The translations under genes were made by a program, and so were the position numbers. A stretch of DNA of 64,000 nucleotides. Origin: Endomicrobiales bacterium (GTDB lineage: Bacteria; Elusimicrobiota; Endomicrobiia; Endomicrobiales; JAFGIL01). Positions 52,675 through 62,100 of this stretch are shown here, one piece after another. The DNA lies in assembly GCA_016929635.1 (NCBI GenBank), contig JAFGIL010000004.1:38415-102414 (forward strand), written 5' to 3'. The first letter of the stretch is position 1. Each line of letters starts with the position of its first letter. The notes below the pieces were generated by a model, which was not told where the DNA came from, ran no database searches, and worked only from the letters and a program-made list of their open reading frames with translations.

Positions 52675-54438
52675 TCATGCTTTTTTTAACAAAAAACTCT
52701 CCATAACCAGGATATCAATTCCTGACCTGAGAAATGTATTAATTGCATTTTCAGGAGTGTTTACAATAGGCTCGTCTTTCAGGTTAAATGAGGTGTTCAA
52801 AACAAGCCCGATTCCCGCGTCTCCCTTGAATTGATTAATCAAACTCCAGTATCGAGGATTGTACTTTTTTATAACTGACTGGATGCGTGAAGTTCCGTCA
52901 ACGTGCACCACAGCCGGAATCCTTTCGCGCTGGCTGTTTTTTACGGGATAAGTAATCATCATAAACCTTTGTGGATAGTTATTTTCACTCTTTTCAAAAA
53001 ACTCGGATTTATCTTCCTCCAAAACAGACGGGGCAAAAGGACGAAAGGGCTCCCTGAACTTTATTTTGGTGTTGACCAGCTCTTTCATCTTCGGATCTCT
53101 CGGGTCTGCAAGGATGGACCTGTTGCCCAAAGCCCTGGGCCCCCACTCTGTTCTTCCCTGATACCAGCCAACAACTTTCCCCTCACACAAGGCTTCGCTT
53201 ATGCGCAAATTAAGCTTATCATCGTTTAGCTCTTCTGCTTTAAAGCCATTATTGTTCTTTATAGCCCTGGAAACATCATCCTTGGAAAAGCCTTTACCCC
53301 AATAATTGTGTTCCAAAACCTCTTTTCTTTCTTTTCCCAGCACTTCACACCAGCACCATAATGCAGCGCCCAACGCGCCCCCTGCGTCAGTGGAGTTCGG
53401 CTGTATGTAAATATCATTAAATCCGCATTCTGTAAGCAGGCTGTAGTTTGCCTTGCTGTTTAAAGCCACCCCTCCTGCATAGCATAAGTTGGGCTTTCCG
53501 GTCTTTTCTCTTAGATACTTCGCCATTTTCACTACACACTGCTCACACACTAACTGAATAGATGCTGCAATATCAGCATAATACTGGTTTTTTCTTGCCT
53601 GCTCGCCAAATTTTTCAGGGTTATATTCGGGATGTGCAAAATCTTTTGTAAAGAAAGGCGTGCCGTATGCCCGCGGCTCGCCAAAAAGTTTAATGAATTT
53701 ATCGCTGTACATCCTTGAAACCGAATAAGTAAAAGCAAAATAATCCAGATTAAGCCCTACGGTACCGTCACCGTTTATCTTCATGATTTTCATTATCTTA
53801 TCAACGTATTTCGGCTCGCCGTATGCTGCCATACCCATCACCTTATACTCGCCTTCGTTAACTCTAAATCCTAAAAAAGCTGTGAAAGTTGAGTATAAAA
53901 GCCCCACGGAATTGGGAAAATACATCTCATCCGTTATGTATGCCTTACTTCCTTCGCCGTATCCAAGGGAAGCTGTTGCCCACTCCCCGACTCCGTCAAC
54001 TGTAAGAATAGCGGCTTCCTTAAAAGGGGAACAAACATAAGCGCTGTAAGCGTGAGACACATGGTGCTTACAGAAAAGTATTCTATTTTCATTTATTCCC
54101 AGAGTTTTCCTGGCGATCCTTCTGAAATGCAGCTTTTCTTTCAGCCACAGGGGTATGGCTTCTACAAAGACCCTGGAAGATTTAGGGACATTTTTAAGGC
54201 AGGTTGCAACTATGCGCTCAAATTTCAGTATGGGTTTGTCATAGAAAACAACATAATCAATGTCGCCGGCAGATATGCCCGCCTGCTCAATGCAGAAGTT
54301 AATGGCGTTTATCGGGAAGGAGTAATCGTGTTTTATTCTTGAAAAGCGTTCCTCTTCGGAACATGCAATGATATGTCCGTCTTTGAGGATGGCTGCAGCT
54401 GCGTCATGGTACCAGCAGGATATGCCTAAAATATACAT
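52675..54438 (-). CDS. Carbamoyltransferase, NodU/CmcH family
   Basis: 587-aa ORF. The N-terminus MYILGISCWYHDAAAAILKDGHIIACSEEERFSRIKHD, and later GVALNSKAN and VLNTSFNLKDEPIV, are characteristic of this family. Confidence 0.9.
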   Translation of the reverse strand: MYILGISCWYHDAAAAILKDGHIIACSEEERFSRIKHDYSFPINAINFCIEQAGISAGDIDYVVFYDKPILKFERIVATCLKNVPKSSRVFVEAIPLWLKEKLHFRRIARKTLGINENRILFCKHHVSHAYSAYVCSPFKEAAILTVDGVGEWATASLGYGEGSKAYITDEMYFPNSVGLLYSTFTAFLGFRVNEGEYKVMGMAAYGEPKYVDKIMKIMKINGDGTVGLNLDYFAFTYSVSRMYSDKFIKLFGEPRAYGTPFFTKDFAHPEYNPEKFGEQARKNQYYADIAASIQLVCEQCVVKMAKYLREKTGKPNLCYAGGVALNSKANYSLLTECGFNDIYIQPNSTDAGGALGAALWCWCEVLGKERKEVLEHNYWGKGFSKDDVSRAIKNNNGFKAEELNDDKLNLRISEALCEGKVVGWYQGRTEWGPRALGNRSILADPRDPKMKELVNTKIKFREPFRPFAPSVLEEDKSEFFEKSENNYPQRFMMITYPVKNSQRERIPAVVHVDGTSRIQSVIKKYNPRYWSLINQFKGDAGIGLVLNTSFNLKDEPIVNTPENAINTFLRSGIDILVMESFLLKKA

Positions 54439-54441
54439 ATA

Positions 54442-54978
54442 TTAAATCTTGTTATTTTTCAGCCAAAAAAGCACTGCGATTACAGTCTTGGCGTCTCTTA
54501 TGCGTCCTTTTTCTATGAATTTTTTTACAGAAGTTAAAGGAATAACTTCTGATTTAATAAACTCATCTTCATCCGGGCTGTGTTTGGTTTCAACCAGATT
54601 TTTTGCAGAATAAATATGTATGACTTCATCGGAAAATGCGGGTGTGGGCCAGAAGGAAAACAACCTTTTTACGGTTTTTGCGTAATAGCCCGTTTCTTCG
54701 GCTAGTTCGCGCCTGACACAGGCCGCAGGGCTTTCTTTCTTATCAAGCTTTCCTGCAGGAAGTTCATATGTAATTTTTCCGACTGGATATCTGTACTGCT
54801 GAACCAGGATTATATGCTTTTTATCAACAAAAGGAAGTACAGCTACAGCACCAGGATGCTCTGTATATTCTCTAAACCCCTTTTTCCCGTTTGGAAGAAG
54901 AACCATGTCTGCTGAAAAATTGATAACTTTTCCATTATAAATTCTTCTTCTTTTGAAAAGTTTTTCCTTAAGATTCAT
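54442..54978 (-). CDS. NUDIX hydrolase (ADP-ribose pyrophosphatase-like)
   Basis: 178-aa ORF with the Nudix box GKLDKKESPAACVRRELAEETGY (G-x5-E-x7-REUxEExGU). It lies 3 nt upstream of the carbamoyltransferase gene. Confidence 0.85.
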   Translation of the reverse strand: MNLKEKLFKRRRIYNGKVINFSADMVLLPNGKKGFREYTEHPGAVAVLPFVDKKHIILVQQYRYPVGKITYELPAGKLDKKESPAACVRRELAEETGYYAKTVKRLFSFWPTPAFSDEVIHIYSAKNLVETKHSPDEDEFIKSEVIPLTSVKKFIEKGRIRDAKTVIAVLFWLKNNKI

Positions 54979-54979
54979 T

Positions 54980-55324
54980 TTATAATCGCTTTCTTAAATC
55001 AGGAATAAATTTCGGCAGCTGGTCCGTTATTCCTGCTGCAGCCAGTAAAACCAGAGCTATATCAACATATCCAAATGTTTCATTTTGATACACAAACCGT
55101 ACATAAAGTATATGAAGAAAAAGCCACCCAGTAAAGGAAAAAACGAAATGTAACACGAACTCGGCAAACCGGCCTCTGATAAAATCAAAAAAAAGCCCTT
55201 TGCTATCAGAAAATTCCGGAAGAGACATCACTGCCTTAATACCCCAAATTATACTGAAAATTGAGGCAATTATAAGCCAGTTCTCCATAACTAGATAAAG
55301 CAAGCTGTGGAAAACCAATCTCAT
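54980..55324 (-). CDS. Small integral membrane protein, unknown function
   Basis: 114-aa ORF with about three hydrophobic segments. An AAGGGGGTGAG ribosome-binding site lies upstream. It sits 1 nt from the NUDIX gene and is the first gene of that operon. Confidence 0.6.
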   Translation of the reverse strand: MRLVFHSLLYLVMENWLIIASIFSIIWGIKAVMSLPEFSDSKGLFFDFIRGRFAEFVLHFVFSFTGWLFLHILYVRFVYQNETFGYVDIALVLLAAAGITDQLPKFIPDLRKRL

Positions 55325-55349
55325 TTTCTCACCCCCTTATGTTTTTATG

Positions 55350-55378
55350 ATTATATAAATTAAATAAATTTATTTCAA
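55350..55378 (-). promoter_or_regulatory. Sigma70-type promoter for the 55324..52675 operon
   Basis: On the minus strand: TTGAAA (55378..55373), a 17-nt spacer, then TATAAT (55355..55350). Confidence 0.5.
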
Positions 55379-55393
55379 ACTTTATTCGATACA

Positions 55394-55422
55394 TTGAAAT
55401 ATTATTGATAAAGAAATATAAT
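55394..55422 (+). promoter_or_regulatory. Sigma70-type promoter for the LigD-PE-like gene
   Basis: TTGAAA (55394..55399), a 17-nt spacer, then TATAAT (55417..55422). A GAGG ribosome-binding site lies 5 nt before the ATG at 55449. Confidence 0.5.
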
Positions 55423-55448
55423 ATTTCTGATACCATAGAAGAGGTTAT

Positions 55449-55820
55449 ATGGCAATATTTGTTGTTCATGAACATCATGCAAGGAATCTTCATTTCGACT
55501 TTCGCCTGGAAATAAAAGGCGTACTTAAATCCTGGGCTGTGCCAAAAGGCCCTTCAATGAATCCATCGGAAAAACGCCTTGCCATACTTGTTGAAGACCA
55601 TCCTCTTGATTATGCTTCGTTTGAAGGCATAATTCCGGAAGGCAGCTATGGAGCAGGGCGTGTTCTTGTCTGGGATAAGGGTGAGTTTGAAATAAAGGAA
55701 GGTTCTTTAAAAGATAAAAAGATGATTATCGAACTTAAAGGTAAAAAGCTTAAAGGCTTTTTCTCCCTTTTTGCATTAAAAGGGCAAAAGAAAAACTGGC
55801 TCCTCGTTAAAAGAAAGTAG
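55449..55820 (+). CDS. Stand-alone LigD-type 3'-phosphoesterase (DNA ligase D N-terminal/PE) domain protein
   Basis: 123-aa [81 protein letters not shown] matches the LigD phosphoesterase signature (H-x-A-x-x-LHYDFRLE...[12 protein letters not shown]...[14 protein letters not shown]). Confidence 0.85.
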   Translation: MAIFVVHEHHARNLHFDFRLEIKGVLKSWAVPKGPSMNPSEKRLAILVEDHPLDYASFEGIIPEGSYGAGRVLVWDKGEFEIKEGSLKDKKMIIELKGKKLKGFFSLFALKGQKKNWLLVKRK

Positions 55821-55901
55821 CTAGGTTCTAGTAGATAGGTATTAGGAAAAAATTTTTTTATGTATTTTTCCCCTAGCTACTGGCTACTGGCACCTAGCTA
55901 C
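55818..55901. terminator. Inverted and direct repeat cluster between convergent genes; possible bidirectional terminator
   Basis: GTAGCTAGG (55818..55826) is complementary to CCTAGCTAC at 55872..55880, and that sequence recurs at 55893..55901. A nested GGAAAAA/TTTTTCC pair lies at 55846..55852 and 55865..55871. The loop is long and asymmetric, so this is not a textbook intrinsic terminator. Confidence 0.3.
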
Positions 55902-55906
55902 TGTTG

Positions 55907-57751
55907 TTACTCTCGTCTTCTTTCCGCCAATAGAACAATATGCCTTAACTCCTCAATATCTTTTGCGTTCATCCATTCCCGGTCGAAATTAGGGTTCTGG
56001 GTAATCTGTGCTATAGCAGCAAGGACTTTTAAATGGAAATTCCGTTCGTTCTGCGAACCCACTATTACGAAAATAATATGGGCCAGTTTATCATTCGGGA
56101 AGACAATCCCTTCTTTTGCCCTGACTAGAAGTATTTTAAAAATATCTTTCTGCTGCACAATTATGTGAGGTATTGCCAGTCGCTCTCTTACAATTGTGCT
56201 TGATTCCTTTTCCCTTTCGACAAACTGATTATAAAACTCTTTTGAATCAGCATTTAGCTCTTTTCCGATTAGTGCAGAAATTTCCCGAAAGAACTTTCTC
56301 ATGCTCAGCGGCTCTTCTATATCTAAAATCTGCGCTTCTTCAACCAATTTATGAAACCTGTCCTCAATAACTGCATCACGTTCAACTACTATATCCTTTA
56401 ACTCTGTTAGCAATGAATCCCCTGCCAGTTCTTTGTCTTTTGATACAAGCCGCTCAAGCGCATAAATAAGCGCCGTATCCTGGGACGCCTCTTCCTGCGC
56501 ATAGAACTTATACCATAAACCCGCACAAACAAGAAAAACTCCCATCAGAAAAACGATTTTTGAGCCCATCTCAATTAAAAGGAATATTCCTCCGATAATT
56601 CCTAATATCTGAACGTAGGGATATAAAGGAGAATGGAATTTTGGTTTATAGCTTAAAATTTTGCTTTCCCGGAACAGAATTAAAGTCAGATTGGCAAACA
56701 TAAAAAGAAGGATTAACACAGCGGATGCAATTTTTACAAGTAACTCCAGTTTAAGGAACCATATACTAAAAAGCATAAAAGCCCCGGTAAGCAGTATGGA
56801 TAAGTATGGGGTATGGAACCTTGCACTTATTTTCTCAAAAACCGGAGGCAGAAGATTATCCCTGCTCATACCCAACGGGTAACGCGAAGCTGTCATAATG
56901 CCGGCGTTTGCCGTTGAAATAAAAGCCAAAAACGCTCCTACTGATATAATAATCGCAAGAGGATTCCCTCCTATAATAAAGGCCCCGTCAGATATCGGGA
57001 TAAGCGTTGTTTTAAGATCCTGAGGATTAACAACTCCTATTGTTATATAAATTACCAAAGTATACAACAAAGACGTTAGGAGTATAGAGATTAGCATCCC
57101 TAAAGGAAGATTCTTCCCGGGATTTCTTACTTCTTCGGAGATAGCCGCAACTTTTGTCAATCCCCCGTAGGAGATAAATACAAAACTTGCAGTACTGAAA
57201 ACTGAAATCATTCCCCTTGAAAAGAACGGCGAGAAGTGATTTGTGTTAATACTCTTAACACCCAACAGCACATAAAATATAAGTATACCTACAAGGCCAA
57301 AAACCAAAAGTACCTGAAACTTTCCCGCTTCTTTGACTCCTTTTAAATTCAGGACGACAAAAAAGAGGCAGCATATTAAAGCAATGTATTTAATAGGTAA
57401 ATTAGTAAATAGATTTAAATACGCAGCCATACCGATAAGAGCAAAAGCTCCTTTCAAACTTAACGACAACCAGGAACTGAACCCGGCCATAGTACCTAAG
57501 AGAGGCCCAAAACCTCTCATGATGTAAAAATAATCTCCTCCGGCTTTAGGCATTGCTGTAGTAAGCTCCGCTTTGCTGAGCAAAGTCGGTATACATAAAA
57601 CTCCCGCCACTAAATAGGAAAGAATTACTGCTGGACCAGCTTTAGCAAACGCTAAACCCGGGAGAATGAAAAGTCCTGAGCTTACCATCGCTCCTGTGGC
57701 TATACATATAATATCAATAAGCCCAAGTTGTTTTTGCAGGTTTTCGTTCAT
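55907..57751 (-). CDS. APC-superfamily amino acid permease with a C-terminal PTS EIIA(type 2)-like regulatory domain
   Basis: 614-aa ORF. The N-terminal ~430 aa are polytopic and start with a typical APC sequence (LGLIDIICIATGAMVSSGLFILPGLAFAKAGPAVILSYLVAGVLCIPTLLSKAELTTAMPKAGGDYFY). The C-terminal ~150 aa contain RLAIPHIIV...ILLVRAKEGIVFPNDKLAHIIFVIVGS...HLKVLAAIAQI, which resembles an EIIA-2 domain including its His site. Confidence 0.8.
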   Translation of the reverse strand: MNENLQKQLGLIDIICIATGAMVSSGLFILPGLAFAKAGPAVILSYLVAGVLCIPTLLSKAELTTAMPKAGGDYFYIMRGFGPLLGTMAGFSSWLSLSLKGAFALIGMAAYLNLFTNLPIKYIALICCLFFVVLNLKGVKEAGKFQVLLVFGLVGILIFYVLLGVKSINTNHFSPFFSRGMISVFSTASFVFISYGGLTKVAAISEEVRNPGKNLPLGMLISILLTSLLYTLVIYITIGVVNPQDLKTTLIPISDGAFIIGGNPLAIIISVGAFLAFISTANAGIMTASRYPLGMSRDNLLPPVFEKISARFHTPYLSILLTGAFMLFSIWFLKLELLVKIASAVLILLFMFANLTLILFRESKILSYKPKFHSPLYPYVQILGIIGGIFLLIEMGSKIVFLMGVFLVCAGLWYKFYAQEEASQDTALIYALERLVSKDKELAGDSLLTELKDIVVERDAVIEDRFHKLVEEAQILDIEEPLSMRKFFREISALIGKELNADSKEFYNQFVEREKESSTIVRERLAIPHIIVQQKDIFKILLVRAKEGIVFPNDKLAHIIFVIVGSQNERNFHLKVLAAIAQITQNPNFDREWMNAKDIEELRHIVLLAERRRE

Positions 57752-57780
57752 ATCCTTCCCTGTTATAAGAAATTTTGAAT

Positions 57781-57808
57781 ATTATATCATTATTAAATAT
57801 AATAGCAA
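57781..57808 (-). promoter_or_regulatory. Possible promoter for the permease gene
   Basis: On the minus strand: TTGCTA, a 16-nt spacer, then TATAAT. A GGAAGGA ribosome-binding site precedes the ATG at 57751. The -35 element is weak and the context is AT-rich. Confidence 0.3.
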
Positions 57809-57869
57809 ATATCTAAATAAAAAATCTATTGTAAAATTATTGACTATTCTAATTATTCGAACTTTGCTC

Positions 57870-57898
57870 TTGAAATAGCATTTTTTTTCTGCTATAGT
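57870..57898 (+). promoter_or_regulatory. Sigma70-type promoter for the pilin-like operon
   Basis: TTGAAA (57870..57875), a 17-nt spacer, then TATAGT (57893..57898), 31 nt upstream of the ATG at 57930. Confidence 0.45.
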
Positions 57899-57929
57899 TA
57901 TAACGGAAAAAGTTCATTTAAAAAAATAT

Positions 57930-59174
57930 ATGAAAAAAAGCCCCCAAAACTTATCATTTAGGCAAGTTTTAACTTCCTCGCATGGTTCAGCATTGATAAT
58001 TTCAATATTAATAATGCTGATAGTGGCAATCCTCATCCCGGCAGGCACACAACTTCTAATTACATCTTTTAAAGAAGCCAGATATCAGGAATATCACGTC
58101 TCAGAGGCAGGAAATGCTGCAAGAGCCGGAATAGAAGATACTATTTTGTGGTTTCGCAGGCAAACAAACCAGCCTGTCAGAAGCGGCGTGCCCCCAACTT
58201 TCTATGCCTGGGAAGACGGCGCTTTTGATCCTCTTGAAAGTTCCACTACAGTAAAGTTCGGCACTGAAGACGAGAGCATAGGTATCGTCAAGGAATTCCC
58301 TATAAGCAAATCGGGAATGAAATATGCCAGATATGAAGTAATGCGGCAAACGGATACTGCGGTGTCAAGTTACATGGAATTTGCAGTTCACGATATAACA
58401 GGTGAAAGAATACATTCCACAAGCGATCCAAAATATAACGGAGACGGTTTAGTCTGGTTTATTCCCAGCACCGGATATATATACCTAAGACGGGATTCTA
58501 CAAAATCATATAACGAAAGCCCTAACGAGGTTGTTGCAAAAGCAAGAGCGTCAACGGAGATTAGAAGAATCAGCCTGAATACGCAGGGGTGCGCTTCTTT
58601 AGTTTACAACGGAAGCAACGCAAAAATATATAACAGAGGCAGAGTTATCGGGATATGCGGATGCGTAAATGCTCCTTTACCGACCGTATACAGCGGCGGG
58701 CAAGCTGATGACAGATTTTCAGGGTTTGAAGATCCCACGCCCTATTATGTATTTGGATTGACGACATCAGAGATTAAAGCCATTTCAGACCATGTTGTTG
58801 ACAACATTTCTGACTTACCTGATCCAATACCGGACATGTCTCTAATTTTCATAAACGGTAATGCTACTTTCAACTCTGCAAATCCGTTAAGGGCAAGCGG
58901 AATATTGTTTGTAAACGGAAACCTGACTTTGGACTCAATGTCCAACAGCAGGTTCAGCGGCGTTGTTTATGTCACAGGAACAGCAACAATACTTGACGGA
59001 TGCGAAATAAGCGGGAGCGTAATAGCATACAGCGGATTAACCCTTTCCAAATCAAGTCCTACAGATACAGCTGATATACTTTTCGACTCAGGAATTATAA
59101 CTTCCGTCAGGCAGCAAATCTGCAATTATAGAGAAATTAAATCATCGTACAGGTTATTTACCGGAATAAAATAA
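57930..59174 (+). CDS. PilX-N-domain pilus assembly protein (type IV pilus/pseudopilus minor component-like)
   Basis: 414-aa ORF. HGSALIISILIMLIVAILIPAGTQLLITSFKEARYQEYHVSEAGNAARAGIEDTILWF matches the PilX N-terminal pattern (GSALI..L..L.VL..L.....................A...AEAG...A). The C-terminus has beta-helix-like repeats: GILFVNGNLTL, FSGVVYVTGTATI, ISGSVIAYSGLTL. Confidence 0.7.
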   Translation: MKKSPQNLSFRQVLTSSHGSALIISILIMLIVAILIPAGTQLLITSFKEARYQEYHVSEAGNAARAGIEDTILWFRRQTNQPVRSGVPPTFYAWEDGAFDPLESSTTVKFGTEDESIGIVKEFPISKSGMKYARYEVMRQTDTAVSSYMEFAVHDITGERIHSTSDPKYNGDGLVWFIPSTGYIYLRRDSTKSYNESPNEVVAKARASTEIRRISLNTQGCASLVYNGSNAKIYNRGRVIGICGCVNAPLPTVYSGGQADDRFSGFEDPTPYYVFGLTTSEIKAISDHVVDNISDLPDPIPDMSLIFINGNATFNSANPLRASGILFVNGNLTLDSMSNSRFSGVVYVTGTATILDGCEISGSVIAYSGLTLSKSSPTDTADILFDSGIITSVRQQICNYREIKSSYRLFTGIK

Positions 59175-59179
59175 TAAAA

Positions 59180-62100
59180 ATGAAAAAAATAATAGATTTT
59201 ATCAAAAAAAATAAGGGATTCTCTCTAATAGAAGTTATAATTGCTATGGTTGTCATAGTGATAGCTTCGCTTTCCGTAGTACAGCTTCATCATTTTATGA
59301 GCAGCCAGTCCACCAGGGTGCGTAAAAAAGCTTTTGCAACACAAAAAGCAATCCAGATGATGGAAGAACTGCGTTCACTGGTATACGGAGCAGAAAAAAC
59401 AGATATAAACGTCCTCGACCAGTATGACAACGGAACGCAATATCCGTATGAACTTACAATAGATACAACGGTTCCCAGCCCGGATGCCCCTCTGAGCGGC
59501 AACATACCTAACCGCGGCAGCTGGTATTTCTCAAGAAACATCGAAATAAGAAGAATGGCTGACGATGAATTTGCTAGAAAAGTTTTCGTGCGGGTATTTA
59601 AAAACTCAGAATCCACACCGGGAACTCCCGAAGAGACCTTAGCAGAGGTAAGCAGTATATTAAGAACCATAACATCCGAGTATGTGCCTACCCAGGTATA
59701 TGACCTTTACCTTGTTGCCATAGAAAATGTGCCTGGCTGGTGGGTATCCCTGGCACTGCTCAGGCCGATGATGGAAAATATAATCGAAGATTTGCGAATG
59801 AGGAATCCCGGGCTTGAATTCCGCGTACACTGGATTACAAGGCTGTCATATGGGAGAGACAAGGAGTATGTTCCATATGCTAATGATGCAACTACTACGG
59901 AGAATACAACCATACCTTATGTATATTTCTATCCCGGGAGTACAAATTCCGGGTACTATTATGCAACAAATGTTTTAAAGTCAAAATTTAATATTGACGG
60001 GACAGTTGTAAATTCAGAGAGTTACGCTCTTTGCGACCAGTACAACCATGCTGTTAGATACCCCCAGGAAATAGCTGAATTTAATGAAGAAGTCGCTTCA
60101 GCAGAATCTTCAGGGATCTCTGCTCCGGAAATCAGCTTAAGAATGCTAATGGAATACATAAACTCAAATTCCACCACATATAAAAACATTATATTGTTGA
60201 ATCTACACGGAGAAATGGTTCCTTTACCTCCTATGCGCAATTACTCTGATGCTGCAAAAGACCCCATTAATTACCCATATGCCCGGGTTGTAACCCATCC
60301 CCAACGGCTTCAATATTCAACCGGTTCAGAATTTAAATTAAGAGTCTACCCCTATACCACTAATTTGCAATACGGAGCTACGTCTCAGTATTATAATAAT
60401 TCCGACTTCACGGGGCTTGCATTAACAAGGTATGACCCATCCGTTGACTTTGACTGGGCTGCAGGCTCCCCGGACGGTGCCGTAGATGCAGAGACATTCT
60501 CCGTAAGATGGACAGGCAAAATCCGACCCAGATTTTCTGAAAACTATAATTTTTATACAGAAACAGATGACGGGGTGCAGCTATGGGTTGATGGGAATCA
60601 GATTATTAATGACCCGAATATTCATGTTGTCACAACAAACATGGGTGTAATTCCTCTAACTGCCGGCCAGGAATATCACGTAAGAATGGACTACTTCGAA
60701 GATACTGGAGATGCTGTGGCAAAACTGTACTGGGAAAGCGCAAGCCAGCCCAAAGAAATAGTACAGTTTGCGGAAATCCCGATAACTACGGTATATATAC
60801 CCAACAAAAACATTACTCCCGGTACAGTAGAAAAAATACATGGAGATGAGTACCACTCATATTTAAAAGAGTCCGTGCCTCAAGGCACTACCATGTATCA
60901 GGTTACTCATCCGAACGGCGGTGATACGCTAATTACCCTTTATAAAACCCCATTAAGGCATGGATTAAACTCATCAAACCAGGGTATACCGTCTACTGAC
61001 CGGTTATGGGGTATGGAATACATACCATGCCCGCTTGACGCTGAATTTACAAGAGAACTTACAAATACCGCAAGCAACCGGCCTAAAAATACCGCAAGAT
61101 GGATAATTACATTTCCTGCAGCAACACTTACAAGCCCTACAACAGTTTATATACAAACGCGTATAGGAAACGATTACTTCAGTATCGGGGTGGATACTCC
61201 TGCCTGCAATATCTCAGAAACTTATACATGGGTGGGAACAACCCCGCCGGTTACTGAGTTATGCCAGTTCATGGGCGATGCCCGGCACTGCCCTTATTTT
61301 GATGTCAAGTCCGATGCCAGATACAACCGTTATTTCAGGAATGTTGACGATACGGATTATCCCGGGTTTACCCTTGCAAGAGATGGATGGTTCGATTCAA
61401 ACGGCTGGGGAGCAGATTACATACCGATTGACTTGCCAAGATATTTTATGCTGATTAGAGAAGGGTTGCTTACCAGCCAGGGAATCTGGTCTACAATGAA
61501 CGGCGTCAGTTTCTTCTATCACGGACTTGGCGGAGAGATAGGAAATGATAAATCTCCGTGGACCAGTGGAATTCCGATAAGGCAATTACCATGGAGCACA
61601 GGCAGCGCTGATAGCAGTGTCGGGGTAGATGAAATACTTGATGAAGGACATTCCACTATCCGCGGGACGCATTTTATTGCAAGGAAAGACAATTCATGGT
61701 ATGCAAAATATTGGCTGGGAGAGTTGTATCCTGACGAAGTGTATGATACGTACTGGAGGCCGGCCGGTAACCTGCCAACCGGGACATCCAGCAGTTTATT
61801 TTACCGTGCACGTTATAACACTTCGTTTTCAGCACCGAGTGACTTCTATACCAGCACCAGGGGCAGGTGTATCTCCTACAGAGGAAGTGCGTCTTTTATA
61901 AATGGCAGTACAACAAGAGCATTCAGGCACGGATCAAACGATAGTGCTACCGGAAATATAACTAATCTTGGCACTGCTATGTCATCAACCTTTAACTTGC
62001 CGCTGCTCAGCCAGGTATTAGCTACAAGGCCTTATGCTCTGGCAAGCAGTACAGACTATCCTCCTGAATGGAGCCAAAGCCCCTATTCCAGCATCAGAAC

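Noticed and set aside
55860-56168. 102-aa plus-strand ORF and other plus-strand ORFs inside 55907..57751
   Set aside because: They are antisense to a well-supported APC permease gene and have no motifs.
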